A stretch of 64,000 nt of DNA. It comes from Octopus vulgaris. Taxonomy: Eukaryota. The notes below the pieces were generated by a model. That model did not search any database. It saw nothing but the letters and a program-made list of their open reading frames with translations, and was not told where the DNA came from. This document shows positions 11,699 to 24,416 of this stretch, one piece after another. The position numbers and the translations under genes were made by a program. Location: the NCBI GenBank assembly GCA_951406725.2, contig OX597817.1:161386001-161450000 (forward strand), written 5' to 3'. Position 1 is the stretch's first letter; each line of letters opens with the position of its first letter.

Positions 11699-11864
11699 GG
11701 AGTACCGGAGTACAAGAAACCACGATCGAGACCGTCGAGTGTGATTGGTATCAATGAAACATCAAGTGCAGCCTCAGTTTCTCGAGAGGCTGTTTATCGA
11801 GATAAAGGAGAAATTGAGACCAGTCGGCCCCCGCCATTGCCACCACCTCTAAACAAACCGACAA
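11699..11864 (+). CDS. ASAP1: ASAP-type Arf-GAP coding exon (start of proline-rich region), phase 0 to 1
   Basis: Acceptor ctgtag|GGA and donor ACAA|gtaagc; CpG-rich coding-like composition. Translates GVPEYKKPRSRPSSVIGINETSSAASVSREAVYRDKGEIETSRPPPLPPPLNKPT, with an RPxS motif and a PPPLPP SH3-ligand-like motif. Confidence 0.88.
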
Positions 11865-12675
11865 GTAAGCCATGTTTTTACTTTCAATCTTCTTCGACCC
11901 CACTTTTTTTATGGCCCCCTTCGCACATGCTCCTCCTTTGCATTTCAAACATTTTCAAACAATTTTGCTATGTATGATTTATGGGTTGTTTTTTTTTTGT
12001 TTTTATTATTTGTTTCTGTTGTTGTTGCTGTTGCTGTTTTTGTGGTTCTTGCTGTTGTTGTTGTTGTTGTTTATGCTGCTGTTATTGTTGTGGTGATGTT
12101 GGTTGTTTTGTTGTCGTGCAGTGTTTCTTGTGGTGATGTCCACCTTGTTTCTGCCTGATGAAAATCTAGAATATTCTCTCTCTCAAAATAAATAAATAAA
12201 TAAATAAAAGACATCAAATATTTCAGTGTGAAACAAAAATAAAAATAATGTTAAAAAAAATAAATAACAAAAAAAGTGAAGAGAAAAAAGAAAAGGGGTT
12301 ATTTTATGGCCCATTCCCCACCTATTATGGACGTGTCAAGATAATTAAATTCAACTAATTATGGTCTATCTAATCAAAATTGGTGCTCCTTGTTATTAAC
12401 TTGGGACAATTCCTCTACACTTCAATTTGACCAAATATTCTTCTTCTAATTTGGCCAGCTCTTGTCCACTCACTCTGGACAGCTTCTGCTAATACTTCTC
12501 TAAATGTTGTCTTTCACACTCTCACACATCCAACACAACATTGTCACAGTCGAATAAAAATTTACAAACCCTACGCATACATGCACACACAGACGTGTGC
12601 ACATGCTCACCTATATATGCAATGCATACAAACACATATGCATAAACTCACATACAGAATGAATACAGAATGAAT

Positions 12676-12900
12676 GTAGAGGCGCAATGGCCTAGTGGTT
12701 AGGGCAGCGGACTCGCGGTCGCAGGATCGCGGTTTCGATTCTCAGACCGGGCGTTGTGTGTGTTTATTGAGCGAAAACACCTAAAAGCTCTACGAGGCTC
12801 CGGCAGGGGGTGGTGATCCCTGCTGTACTCTTTCACCACAATGGCGGTGCCCCAGCATGGCCACAGCTCAAGAGCTGAAACTGGAAAAACAAAAACAAAC
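12676..12900 (+). mobile_element. tRNA-derived SINE, family A head with a family C-type tail
   Basis: Head GAGGCGCAATGGCCTAGTGG...; ends GGCGGTGCCCCAGCATGGCCACAG...GAAAC plus an A-rich tail. Confidence 0.75.
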
Positions 12901-12991
12901 AAAAACAAATACACATAATACTGCTGTTATATGTAGATGTACTTGTGGGTCACAAGTACATCAACTGGAAATTATAGGATGAAATATATGC

Positions 12992-13028
<37 letters not shown>

Positions 13029-13029
13029 A

Positions 13030-13677
13030 TATAAACGGCAGTTTGTCTGTGCGTGTTTCTGTGTGTCTGTTTGCTTGTACCTCACCTGACCACGGCTTTC
13101 AACCGATTCTGATATATATGTCATATATATATATATCGATAAATATGGGGTCGATCAGAAACACGAACCACAAACTGTCTAGGGACACCCACCTATATAT
13201 TTTTTCCATTTTTTTGCTATTTTTTGGCTATAACTCTCTAAAAATGCTTTATAGTTATTTCCCTTACAAACCTGAGCAACGCCGGGTGATACTGCTAGTC
13301 TCTATATAAACGGCAGTTTGTCTGTGCGTGTTTCTGTGTGTCTGTTTGCTTGTACCCTCACCCTGACCACGGCTTTCAACCGATTCTGATGAAACTTGAC
13401 ACACACATAGCCCAATGTCATAATTCAAAACTAACGCAACGAAAATTTTGAAAAGTTCCCCCAGTTCTGAAAAAAATTGATAAATTCGACATGGGGTCGA
13501 GAATCAGAAACCCAAACCGCAAACTGTCTAGGGGACGCAACTCCACCTTTTTTAACTAAAAAAAAAATTTACCATCATTTTTTTCCATTTTGTTGCTATT
13601 TTTTGGCTATAACTCTCTAAAAATGCTTTATAGTTATTTCCCTTACAAACCTGAGCAACGCCGGGCGATACTGCTAG
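13030..13677 (+). mobile_element. Head-to-tail dimer of a non-autonomous Helitron (deleted copy 13030-13298, full copy 13299-13677)
   Basis: 5' TC(TC)TATATAAACGGC start, subterminal GC-rich hairpin CCTGAGCAACGCCGGG and 3' CTAG|T; the junction reads CTAG-TCTC. Confidence 0.8.
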
Positions 13678-13690
13678 TATATATATAAAA

Positions 13691-13893
13691 ACATAATTAT
13701 AATTAGGGTTCAGCTAATTGCTTCACCACATACCAAATTTAGAAATAGGCGTTAAAATTCCTTTTCTACTACTATAAGAATCTCCATGACGGTAACATGG
13801 TGATTCTTATAGTAGCAGAAAAGGAATTTTAACTCCTATTTCTAAATTTGGTATGTAGTAAAGCAATTAGCTGAACCCTAATTATAATTATGT
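13691..13893. repeat. Long inverted repeat: 98-bp arms, 7-nt loop, 5 mismatches
   Basis: 13691-13788 is the reverse complement of 13796-13893 (aligned by hand); the loop is ACGGTAA. Confidence 0.95.
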
Positions 13894-15122
13894 ATGTAAT
13901 TATGAAATATTTGTATAATTTTACCTATAAAGGTTATTTTAACGTACCAATCTACTTGGTGAAATTGTTAATTAATTGATTGATTAATTAATTAATTTAA
14001 TTGATAAATTTTAGCCTTTTATTATTAATTATATATATATACTATAATATACATATATTATTATAATATACATATATTATTATTATTATTATTATTATAA
14101 GCTACCAGTACAGTTAAGGGTACCTTAGGTTTCAAAATCCATATTTAAGGACAATTATTTAATGCCTACATTTCTCATTAGTCACAATTAAGATGGTGAT
14201 GTTAATTTGAGATCATCATCAGTTAGTGTCTGCTTTCCATGCTGGCATGGGTTGGATGGTTTGACAGGAGCTGGTTAGACAGGAGACTGCACCAGGCTTC
14301 AGTGTCTGTTTTGACATGGTTTTTACAGCTGGATGCCCTTCCTAACACCAACCATCCCACAGAGTGGAATCATGTGATTCAAAGGGACAGAATTGATCTG
14401 GGTACTGATGAAAGATCGATTAGAAACATAGTCATTAAATGACTGTCTAGAAAATATGGATTTCGAACCCTAAGGTACACCTGACTGTGCCATTTGATTG
14501 CACTAATAATAACATTCAGCTCTCAGACTACACAGAGCACTCTCCTTTCATTTTTGACTTTCAACAGAAACCTTCGATTCTACTACATATATATATATAT
14601 TCTAATATATATATATTAATTTGCACATCTGACTTGACTTAGATGTGTCATATTAAGAACATTGTAGACTGCATAATCCTGTTACAACAGGGCCATCCAC
14701 CAAGGCTGAGGAAATTTTGTTTACTGATATAATCTGTCCTCCTTCAGCACTTCACATCAATATGAATTGATTCCTGAGGGCAGTTATCACAGTCTACAGC
14801 ACTCTTAACAAAACACTGAATTTAATTTGGATCTGAAAATTGATATTTCTTACAAAGTTTATTTCCATTACTAAAAACTAATACATATCATATATATTCT
14901 TTGGAATAATTTTGAACATCATGTCATTATTTCCTTTACACCATGTCATTATTTCCATTCACAATATTTACAGAAAAAGAGGGGTTTTTTTATGAATATC
15001 AATATAATTACTTTTTTGTATGATATTCTAATACTCTAATTAATTAGTAATTACACTGTATGAGTATAGCTTAATTAGTTTTATCAATTTTGTTTATGTG
15101 ATCATATTCTGGAATCTTGTAG

Positions 15123-15167
15123 AATTTAAGCTGAGATCCTATCTATCCCGTAGCAAACTGAAGTCAG
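15123..15167 (+). CDS. Candidate 45-nt symmetric (phase 1-1) cassette exon of the ASAP gene
   Basis: Acceptor tcttgtag| and consensus donor CAG|gtaagt. Open in phase 1 as (K)FKLRSYLSRSKLKS(G); fits between the phase-1 ends of the 11699 and 31030 exons. No homology support. Confidence 0.5.
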
Positions 15168-15629
15168 GTAAGTGTGCAAGCAACTTGCATGAGGCTCAGT
15201 ACAGTCAAGCTGCTGCTGTTGCTGCTGCCGCTCTTGCTGCCAACATCCAACTGTTATTTCTTCCAATTCTCATGGAGCTACTCTCCTTCGTTCACCAACA
15301 CTAATAATTAACCTGGTTTCTTCTCTTGACAACAAAGCAGTATTTGAAATCAACTGACATTGGTATAACTGGAGTGTGTGTCACACACCCCCACCTGGGC
15401 CCCTAAACCTATATAGGTTTATACAGCAGACCTCCAAAGTGCCATCCTGTTAAAAGCGTTGCCTGGGGTGCCTTTCCTCCTACCTACTGTCAACAGATTT
15501 TATGTTGGACATAGCTTGCTGCTACAGCATTAATGCAGTCCCATTGAAGGGGTTACACATCCAGGGATTTTCTGTTACATTCTCTGGGGACAGTTTAAAA
15601 CCTAAAATGAAAAAAGTTTATTCTTAAAG

Positions 15630-17081
15630 ATTAGAGTCAACCTAGCTAAAACCAAAGTCCTAATAAGTAGGAAGGCAGGCAAACCACAAGTCCCTTCAGG
15701 TAGATGACCCTGCTCGATCTGTAGAAAAAGCGTAGGTAGAAACTCTATACGACGTACCCAGTGTAAGCTATGGACACATAAGAGGTGCAGCAATATCAAA
15801 TGAAGGCTACCTGGGAAGATAGTTTTTGTGTGTGCCAAATGCTCAGGAGCAATAAACACTGAAAATGTGCAGAGAACAACTTCCGCCACATTCCAGGGGG
15901 CAAAACTACAAGTAGTTGATAGCTTCCATTACCTAAGTGACCAAATCTGTAGCAGGGGTGGATGCTCTGAAAGTGTAGCTGCTAGAATAAGAATAGCCTG
16001 AGCAAAGTTCAGAGAGATCTTACCTCTGCTGGTTACAAAGGGCCTCTCACTCAGAGTAAAAGGTTGTTTGTATGACACATGTGTACAAACAACCATGCTA
16101 CATGGCAGTGAAACATGGGCCGTGACTGCTGAAGACATGTGTAAGCTCGCAAGGAATGAAGCCAGTATGCTCCGCTGAATGTGTAGTGTCAGTGTGCATA
16201 CTCGACAGAGTGTTAGTGCCTTGAGAGAAAAGTTGGACCTAAGAAGCATCAGATGTGTTGTGCAAGAGAGACGACTACACTGGTATGGCCATGTGGTGAG
16301 AATGGATGTGGATAGCTGTGTGAAAATATGCCACACCCTAGTGGTTGAGGGAACCTGTGGAGAAGGTAGATCCAGGAAGACCTGGGCTGAGGTGGTGAAG
16401 CATGACCTTCGAACATTGGGCCTCACTGAGGCAATGACTAGTGACCGGGACCTTTGGAAATATGCTGTGCTTGAGAAGACTTGGCAAGCCCAAGTGAGAC
16501 CATAACCTCGTGACCTATGCCAGGGGTGTAACCAACCCATTTATGCATATCTTCCCTTCATTGGACACTAAACACTGCTTGTGAAGACTTGTTAAGGTAA
16601 ATGAAATCGAAATCAAATTCGATGACTGGCATCCATGCTAGTGGAATGCTAACAGTACCATATGAGCATGATCGTTGCCAGAGCAACAAACTGGCCTCCG
16701 TGCCAGTGGTACGTAAAAAGCACCATTCGAGCATAATCGTTACTTGCATTGCCTTACTGGCACTTGTGCTGGTGGCATGTGAAAAAACATTTGAGCGAGG
16801 TCGTTGCCAGTGCCGCTGGACTGGCTCCTGTGCAGGTGGCACGTAAAAAGCACCATTTGGGCATGCCCATTGCCAGTACCACCAAACTGGCTCTTGTGCC
16901 AGTGGCACGTAAAAGCACCCACTACACTCTTGGATTGGTTGGCATTAGGAAGGGCATCCAGCTGTAGAAACTCTGCCAGATCAGAGTAGAGTCTGGTGCA
17001 GCCATTTGGCTTGGCAGTCCTCAGTCAAACCGTCCAACCCATGCCAGCATGGAAAGCGGACATTAAACGATGATGATGATG
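15630..17081 (+). mobile_element. 5'-truncated RTE-clade LINE (ORF2 C-terminal remnant to 16505, then 3' UTR and (GAT)n tail)
   Basis: One frame reads IRVNLAKTKVL...VDSFHYLS...MLHGSETW...RRLHWYGHVVRM...GRSRKTW with several in-frame stops; these are RTE RT-thumb and C-terminal motifs. Confidence 0.9.
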
Positions 17082-17145
17082 ATATATTTAACTTATTGCA
17101 TTTGTGATTGTCCCTACATACATTTTAAAGCCATAAGTGGTATAA

Positions 17146-17470
17146 GCATATGGCTCAGTGGTTAGAGTATCAGGTTCAAATTCATGAGGTAGTTTGATTC
17201 CCGGACCAGGCCATGAGTTGTATCCTTAAGCAAGACACTTTATTTTCACATTGCTCCAGTTCACTCAGCTGTAGAAATGAGCTGCAGCGTCACTCATGCC
17301 AGTTGTATCAGCCTTTTCCCTTTCCTTAGATAACATTGGTGGCATAGAGAGGAGAAACCGATATGCATGGGCGACTGCTGATCTTCCATAAACAACCATG
17401 CTTGGTTTTGTGCCTAGGAAGGGAACTTTTTAGGTGCAATCCTATGGTCATTCATTACCAAAGGGGATCT
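17146..17470 (+). mobile_element. Older tRNA-derived SINE
   Basis: Head GCATATGGCTCAGTGGTTAGAG...; an inverted relative lies at ~23470-23790. Confidence 0.6.
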
Positions 17471-18500
17471 TTACTAAGAGGTGTAGAAGAACAGTTTTAA
17501 TTAGGATTAATTTATAATAATTAAATCTTTGAAGTTGTTATTGTTATTTAGAAATGGCTCTCCTTTGATCAAGCAAAATTAAAATCTAGTAAAACAGACC
17601 TGTATAATATAAGCATTTTAGTGTGTGTGTGTTTATGAATACATACTCACATGAGTGTGTGCACGTGTGTGTATATGCACATAAGGAGAGGTTCTAACCA
17701 CAGTGAAATAAGAATCAGTGACCAACTGGAGTTATTGCCTGAAATGTGACTCAGTGCTAAATTTAATCACAATGATGTTGGTGCTGATGCTGGAGGCAGC
17801 AATAGCAATTTCTAACATTAGCAGAAATACCCCAAATGTGGAGAAAAGAGACAGTTCATTGGACAGATCCTATATTTTGTCCTTCTGTTTTTTAAGATAT
17901 GAGGGTGTAGTTTCAGTGGGATTTGGCTGCTATTTCAAGCAGGCCATGTTACCAAGTATAGGGCTCTCCTTATGCTCCTTATAGAATATAAGCCATTGGC
18001 AACTTCTCTCTACTGTTCCCAATTCTAGGCTATCTTTTCTGCTTCTCCCCAAGATGAATCCCTGCTTTTCTTCAGCTCTCACTCCCCGTAAGGGAAAGCC
18101 TTCCTCTCTCAGGTCATCGAAGTTTCTGTAACTTTACTTTTTCCTAGGTAGGGACGTTGGCCCTACACAAACCCTTTTTTTTTTTACCTCCAGGAAGAGG
18201 TCATCCACATTAGTTAGGTTTCTATCCTTTGACCTGCCACGCTTAATGAAGAATCCCAAAGGGTAGAGGTTGAGGTGGTATGGAGATACATCATCATCAT
18301 TTAACGTCTGCTTTTTGTTGTTTGCATGGGTCAGACAGAATTTGTTGAAGCAGACTTTTCTATGGCCAGATGCCCCTCCTGGGACCAACTTTCACCTGTT
18401 TCCAAACATGACCAAGCATGTTTTACATTGATGATGATGATGATGCTCAGTTACGACCATCACATGATGTCTAGACAAGGGCACACATAAACACAAATAG

Positions 18501-18544
<44 letters not shown>

Positions 18545-19211
18545 GCTTCTTTCAGTTTCAACCTACTAACTACACTCACAAGCCCTTGGTCGATTTCGGT
18601 CTAAAGTAGAAAACACGTACCCAAGGTGCTGTGCAGTGGGACTGAACCCAAAATCACATGGTTGGGAAGCATGCTTCTCACCCATACAAATCATTGTATG
18701 CTAAATTTCCTCTAGTTACCAAGCTGTCTGTAATAGGTATAAGCAGTTCATTACATGTGGTGGACCAGCAACTTATCCAGACAAAGATGTATTCTTTGTC
18801 ACACTATGTCTATTCTGGTCAACATGCTTCATTTTATCTAGCTTTAATGAGAGGAATTGGTCCCAAATCATATGGGAAAGTTACTTGCAATAGCTTGCTG
18901 TCCTATCCCAGAGGAGATTTACTTTTAATCATAGTGTACCTTTAGGAGAAAACTTTATTCTACAAGCTTCTGTTCATTTAATTATAATTGCAGAAAATAG
19001 GTACCAGATCATCTGGAAAAGTAACTTGTAACAGATTGGTTTCCTAGCTAAGCGATTTATTTGTAATTGTATTTAGTACCCCTTCAGTAGAATGCTTTAA
19101 TCTATATACTTCAGTTCATTTAATTATAAATCTGCAAAAATAGATACAAGTGATAAGGAATGTCACTGATAAAAACTGATGCTCTTGTCAAGAAATTTTT
19201 TCTCATCACAG

Positions 19212-19242
<31 letters not shown>

Positions 19243-20416
19243 AGCAGACAGATAAACTGATAGATTAACTTATAATGATATTAATAACACAATCAAAGGA
19301 ATCTCTTTTCTCCTACATAATAATTATCTGTTCCATATTTTAACAGAGATAATCACAGATTGACTTAACACAAGAAATCTTTATCTAGACCTGACCTACC
19401 TCAATTCCTTAAAAATACTTTTAACATTTTCTTCAACAGAATCTCTGCATATTTCAATCTGTTGAACTTGTGTCACTAGAAGCAACATTGAGAATTTTTC
19501 CCTTGTTTGCAAATAATACATAGTGAAGGTTAGACATTTCTAAATAGAAAAAATATTGAAACTAAGAAAATGCAAACGTGACAAAAACCAAACTGGATAT
19601 ACATGAGAGTTCGTTAAAATTCTTTTACTTAATAATTCACTTATTCACTTACTCATAGTATTTTAAATAAAATTGCTGGAATGCTGCATTGGGTAATATT
19701 TTGTGTTCACTCAAGCATGAGCAAATGTACATGGGCAGTCTTTTATGTTGTTGGTTAATGGTATTGCAGAGACAGTAGCTTAATTAACCTCTGCTGTACT
19801 TTGGCTGTTTCCAGAGTCATGCACCTTTCCCCAAGTATACTTGCCACATTTCCACTCATAGATACATCACAAAGGAAAGACAAGTCAATACATTTGTAGC
19901 AACCACAGCACCACAGGGTATGCCACATATTGATTATGTACAATATCTCTTTTAGTGTCCCTCCTTCTAAATTTTCTGCAGGAGACTCGCTTTTTTAAAT
20001 GCTCAATAAATTACCCTGCAAAACAGTAGAGATTTATTTTAGTAGGCATGGCTTGTGCAGAGCTAGTCCTACTCTCTTGTCCTTCAAACTTGTATTTGTT
20101 TGGTGCAACAAATGCCCTGAACCCAGTACATGTAGGATTGGTGTGGAGTTATCTTCTCTTAGATGAGACTGAGGTGTCTATGAACGACTTTCTTCTGGAG
20201 GCAATTCTGTAACATAATAACTAACCCATCACTGGGGCCCTGAAAGGGGCTACCAGTCCAAGTCAGAGCAGAGCTAGGAAAAACAGTGGTTAAGTGGTGT
20301 TTCCACATGACTCAAAACACTGGGACTCCTGAACCAGGCTCCCACTACTGAACATAGATTAAAATCATATCCAGGACACACGTGTGTGTGTGTGTATATA
20401 TATATATACATACATA

Positions 20417-20600
20417 CGAGGGGGTGCTGAAAAGTTCCTGGCTTTGGGTAAAAGAAAATACAGGAGGATCAATTAATTATGATTTTATTCAATATATTCC
20501 TCTCTGATTCACACACTTATTGCAGTGGTCCTTCAGTTTTTCTAAGCCTTGTAAAAGAATTTGGAAAGTTGAGCCTCCAACTAGGCCTTTCTGGAGCAGC
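20417..20600. mobile_element. Mariner-like terminal fragment
   Basis: TA|CGAGGGGGTGCTGAAAAGTTCC terminus typical of mariner TIRs; the other end was not identified. Confidence 0.55.
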
Positions 20601-21551
20601 AAACACTATATTCAACATCATCTCAGTTTCTTTGGTTGTTGATAATAGTTACCGAATCATCTGAAAATGTTTTCTGTGACACTTTGTTGTCTTATGAATT
20701 GATGAATTGGGAGATCTATCTCTCATCATTTTATGCCATGACCTCAGAGCTAAACACAAGCTCTTAAAAGTGCCCTTGGGATTTGGAGACATTTCATATC
20801 TATATGCTACTTTTTAATTAAACAAGAATGATTTCTTCACATCTTCTTCCATTATCTTGACATCTTTTTGAGAATAACTATTTCAACTTTCATTCTCCTC
20901 CTCTCTCTCTTTCTATATATATATATATATACACATGTGTGTATATATATATGATTATATACACACATGTATATATATATATATATGATTATATACACAC
21001 ACATGTATGTATATATATATATGCATATATACACTCACGTGTAAGTATATATACACACATGCATATATCATTCTGTCTAATACTTAGTAAATCTTATTCT
21101 AAATTTAACTCTAACATATCAAGTTTATTTTATAATAAAATGATATGGTATCTTGTAATACTGAATTCTATCTTATCTTTTATGATGTATCTTTATCTCA
21201 GCAACTTATCTTTATATGAGGTCTCATTCTTGTATGATATCTTAACCTATAACTTTATCTCTCTCCCATTCCAGCCCATTCATATTACTAAACTTCTCAT
21301 TTATTCAACTTTCTTTTATTGCTAATCTCTTCAAAAGCAGCAAATTCTTTAAAACTTTCTTTAAAGTTTTTTTTATTTTTGTTTCTTCTTTACATCCAAT
21401 TTATTGACATTTTTCTGCTAAAATATTCATTGATACTATACAGGACATGCTAAACTCCTTTTGAAGTGGGTCATTTCTTGGATTCAAATGGTCACTGAAC
21501 ACCACAGGACATCATTATTGTCATCATCATCATTATCATCACTGTCATTGC

Positions 21552-21590
<39 letters not shown>

Positions 21591-22228
21591 TCTGTGTTCT
21601 TTTTTCTACGCTGGCATGGATTGGGCAGTTTGACAAGAACAGACAAGCAAGAGGGCTCTGCCAGGTTCTATGTTTCATTTGGCAAAGTTTCTACTGCTGG
21701 ATGCCCTTCCTAATGCCATTTTACAGTGTGTGCTGGGTGCTTTATATGTGGCACCAGCACTGGTGAGGTTGCCAAGTTCCCACAAGATAAGACCCCTCAA
21801 CTGAGTGGGGTATAGACTGGGTAAAGAAACTGTTACAGAAGGAGAGGAGTAGGTGTCTTCAATATATATATATAAGCTTCTTTCAGTTTCTGTCTACCAA
21901 ATGTATTGACAAGGTTTTGGTCAGCCCAGGCTATAGAAGAAGGCACTTGCCCAAGGTGCTGTGGAGTGGGACTGAACCTGTATTTTATTACAGAATTTTT
22001 TTTAAATATGATATATATATTGACAAACCATATGTGTAAAAATGATACAAGTACACCCCAATATTGAAATAGAGGACTAAATTGAATATACAATACAAGG
22101 ATGGAACACTTGCATATAACAGATGCACATGACAACTGATGAAACAGTAGCTCGAAATTGGCTAAAATCTTATCTGCTGTTGCTGGGAAACTCCAAGTAC
22201 TGGATATGAGTGTTACATGCTTGCATTG

Positions 22229-22261
<33 letters not shown>

Positions 22262-22588
22262 TTAGCATTTTCTTCATTTCCTTTATATATATATATATAT
22301 ATATACATGTGAAGACATATGGCCTCGTGGTTCAGGTGTTGCACTCATAATCGTAAGGCTGTGGTTTTGATTCTTGAGCTGGCCAATGCATTGTGTTCTT
22401 GGGCAAAATGCTCCATTTCACTTTGCTCCAGGCAACTCAGCTGTAAATGAGTTCTAACAATAGTTGGGAAGTTAACCCTACAATGGACTGACATCTCATT
22501 CAGGAAGGAGTGCTCTAATTTCAGTCATTTATCACTTATACACCATGGAGATTGGTTTAAGCTGCACCCTTGTGAGTCCTAAGGCTCA

Positions 22589-22589
<1 letters not shown>

Positions 22590-22637
<48 letters not shown>

Positions 22638-22721
22638 CATATGTATACATACATACATACATACATGCATATATATACATACATACATATATATATACAT
22701 ATATATACATACATACATACA

Positions 22722-22797
<76 letters not shown>

Positions 22798-22811
22798 TAC
22801 ATACATACATA
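22590..22811. repeat. Compound (TA)n/(TACA)n/(CA)n microsatellite
   Basis: Directly visible; it explains the YIYI/MYVC pseudo-ORFs. Confidence 0.95.
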
Positions 22812-24416
22812 TTTTGATATTTTAAATTTGAGATAAAGCAAAAAGAAACTATTTATACTTCCACAGGATCCTACTTACAGTTAAAAGAAGACTTGGAAAT
22901 ATGAATTAACACACATTATTGCCAGAAATGTAATACAACTTAATCCAAAATTCCAAGATTTTAGTGATGTTGCAATGATAACAACAACAACAATAATAAT
23001 CCTGTTTGCCATAGGCACCATGTTTGAAATTATACACACACCAGACAGGGTTTCCCTTTCTTAGCTAAATGCATTTCCCTTCCAGGGCCACATGCAATCC
23101 ATTTTCTGGACCATTCATATTGTACTTCTTTGTATTGCTCATACATTGTTCACTTTCGGGTCAAAGACAAGCCTCCTCTTTCTCTGACCACCCACTCAAA
23201 GGATCAAAGGTTCTTCTCAATTCATTGACTCACAGGGCCGGTTGCCCAGATTTGGTAGCATATGTATTATCTATCCATGGACAGGATATGATGCATCACA
23301 GGATTATTCATTTTTGCCAACTGAGTGGTATGGAGCAACATCAAGTGAAGCGTTTTGCTCAAGAACACACTGCATCATTCAGTCCTGGAAATGAAACCTC
23401 CATCTTACAACCATGAGTGCAACACCCTAACAACTAAGCCACACACTTCCACTGACCACCCACTGAAGACCCTCTTTGGTCGTGAATTACCATGGGATTG
23501 CTCCTAAAAGGTTCCCCTCCAAGGCACAAGTCTGGGCAAGGTCGTTTATGGATGACCAGTAGTCACCCATGCATATCAGCCTCTCCTCTCCATACCACTA
23601 ATGTTATTCAAAGGGAAAACAAAGGCCAATACAAAGGCACCAATGACATTGCAACTCATTTCTACAGCTGAGTGAACTGGAGCAGCATGAAATAAAGTGT
23701 CTTGCTCAAGAACACCACACACAGCCTGATCCAGGAATTGAACCCACTACCTCATGATTGTGAGTCCAATGCTCTAACCACGGAGTCACCCACTACACAT
23801 ATATAAATGCATGCTAAGTAAAAATGCATAAATACACACATGCATATGCAAGTACACACACCACTTACACTCTTTCATGTTACTTTTACTGATTTCAGCC
23901 ACAGGCTGTGGTCATGGTGGGGCACTACCTTTAGTGTGATTGCATTTTATTTCACACTCCTTTCCTGGCCCACTCTTCAGAACTCTTTCTGGTGAAGGAG
24001 AGAGCATTGGAAAGAGCTGATCGTCTTTGTGTTTCTTGTCATGAAGTTAGTTCTTCTGGCACTTCTGATGAAAGTTTGCCCAAATATTCTTTAAACACAT
24101 CCGCATCTACACCTCACAGATCTCTGAGGTTGTTGGACAGAGATGTTGAAGAGTTGTGGGCCTTTGAAACCTAAGCTGTCAACAATACTGTTACAGCTCT
24201 CACGCATATATAAACTCAAACACTTACATTTAGATATATTGCACTCACACACACACACACACACACATATTAAAATTATTACTTAGGGTATCTACGAGAT
24301 ACCACCATGCTGAAAATAGCAGCCAAGATCTGACTCTAAAACCACATTAAATGCTCATACAGCACAAGGAGAGAAGACAAAAAGACAAAATATAACTAGT
24401 AAAAAATTACTGGATA

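Noticed and set aside
14405-14448. CTGATGA...GAAAC followed by a hairpin
   Set aside because: No helix I pairing and no convincing helix II.
15929-16540. 203-aa minus-strand ORF
   Set aside because: Antisense shadow of the RTE ORF2 remnant.
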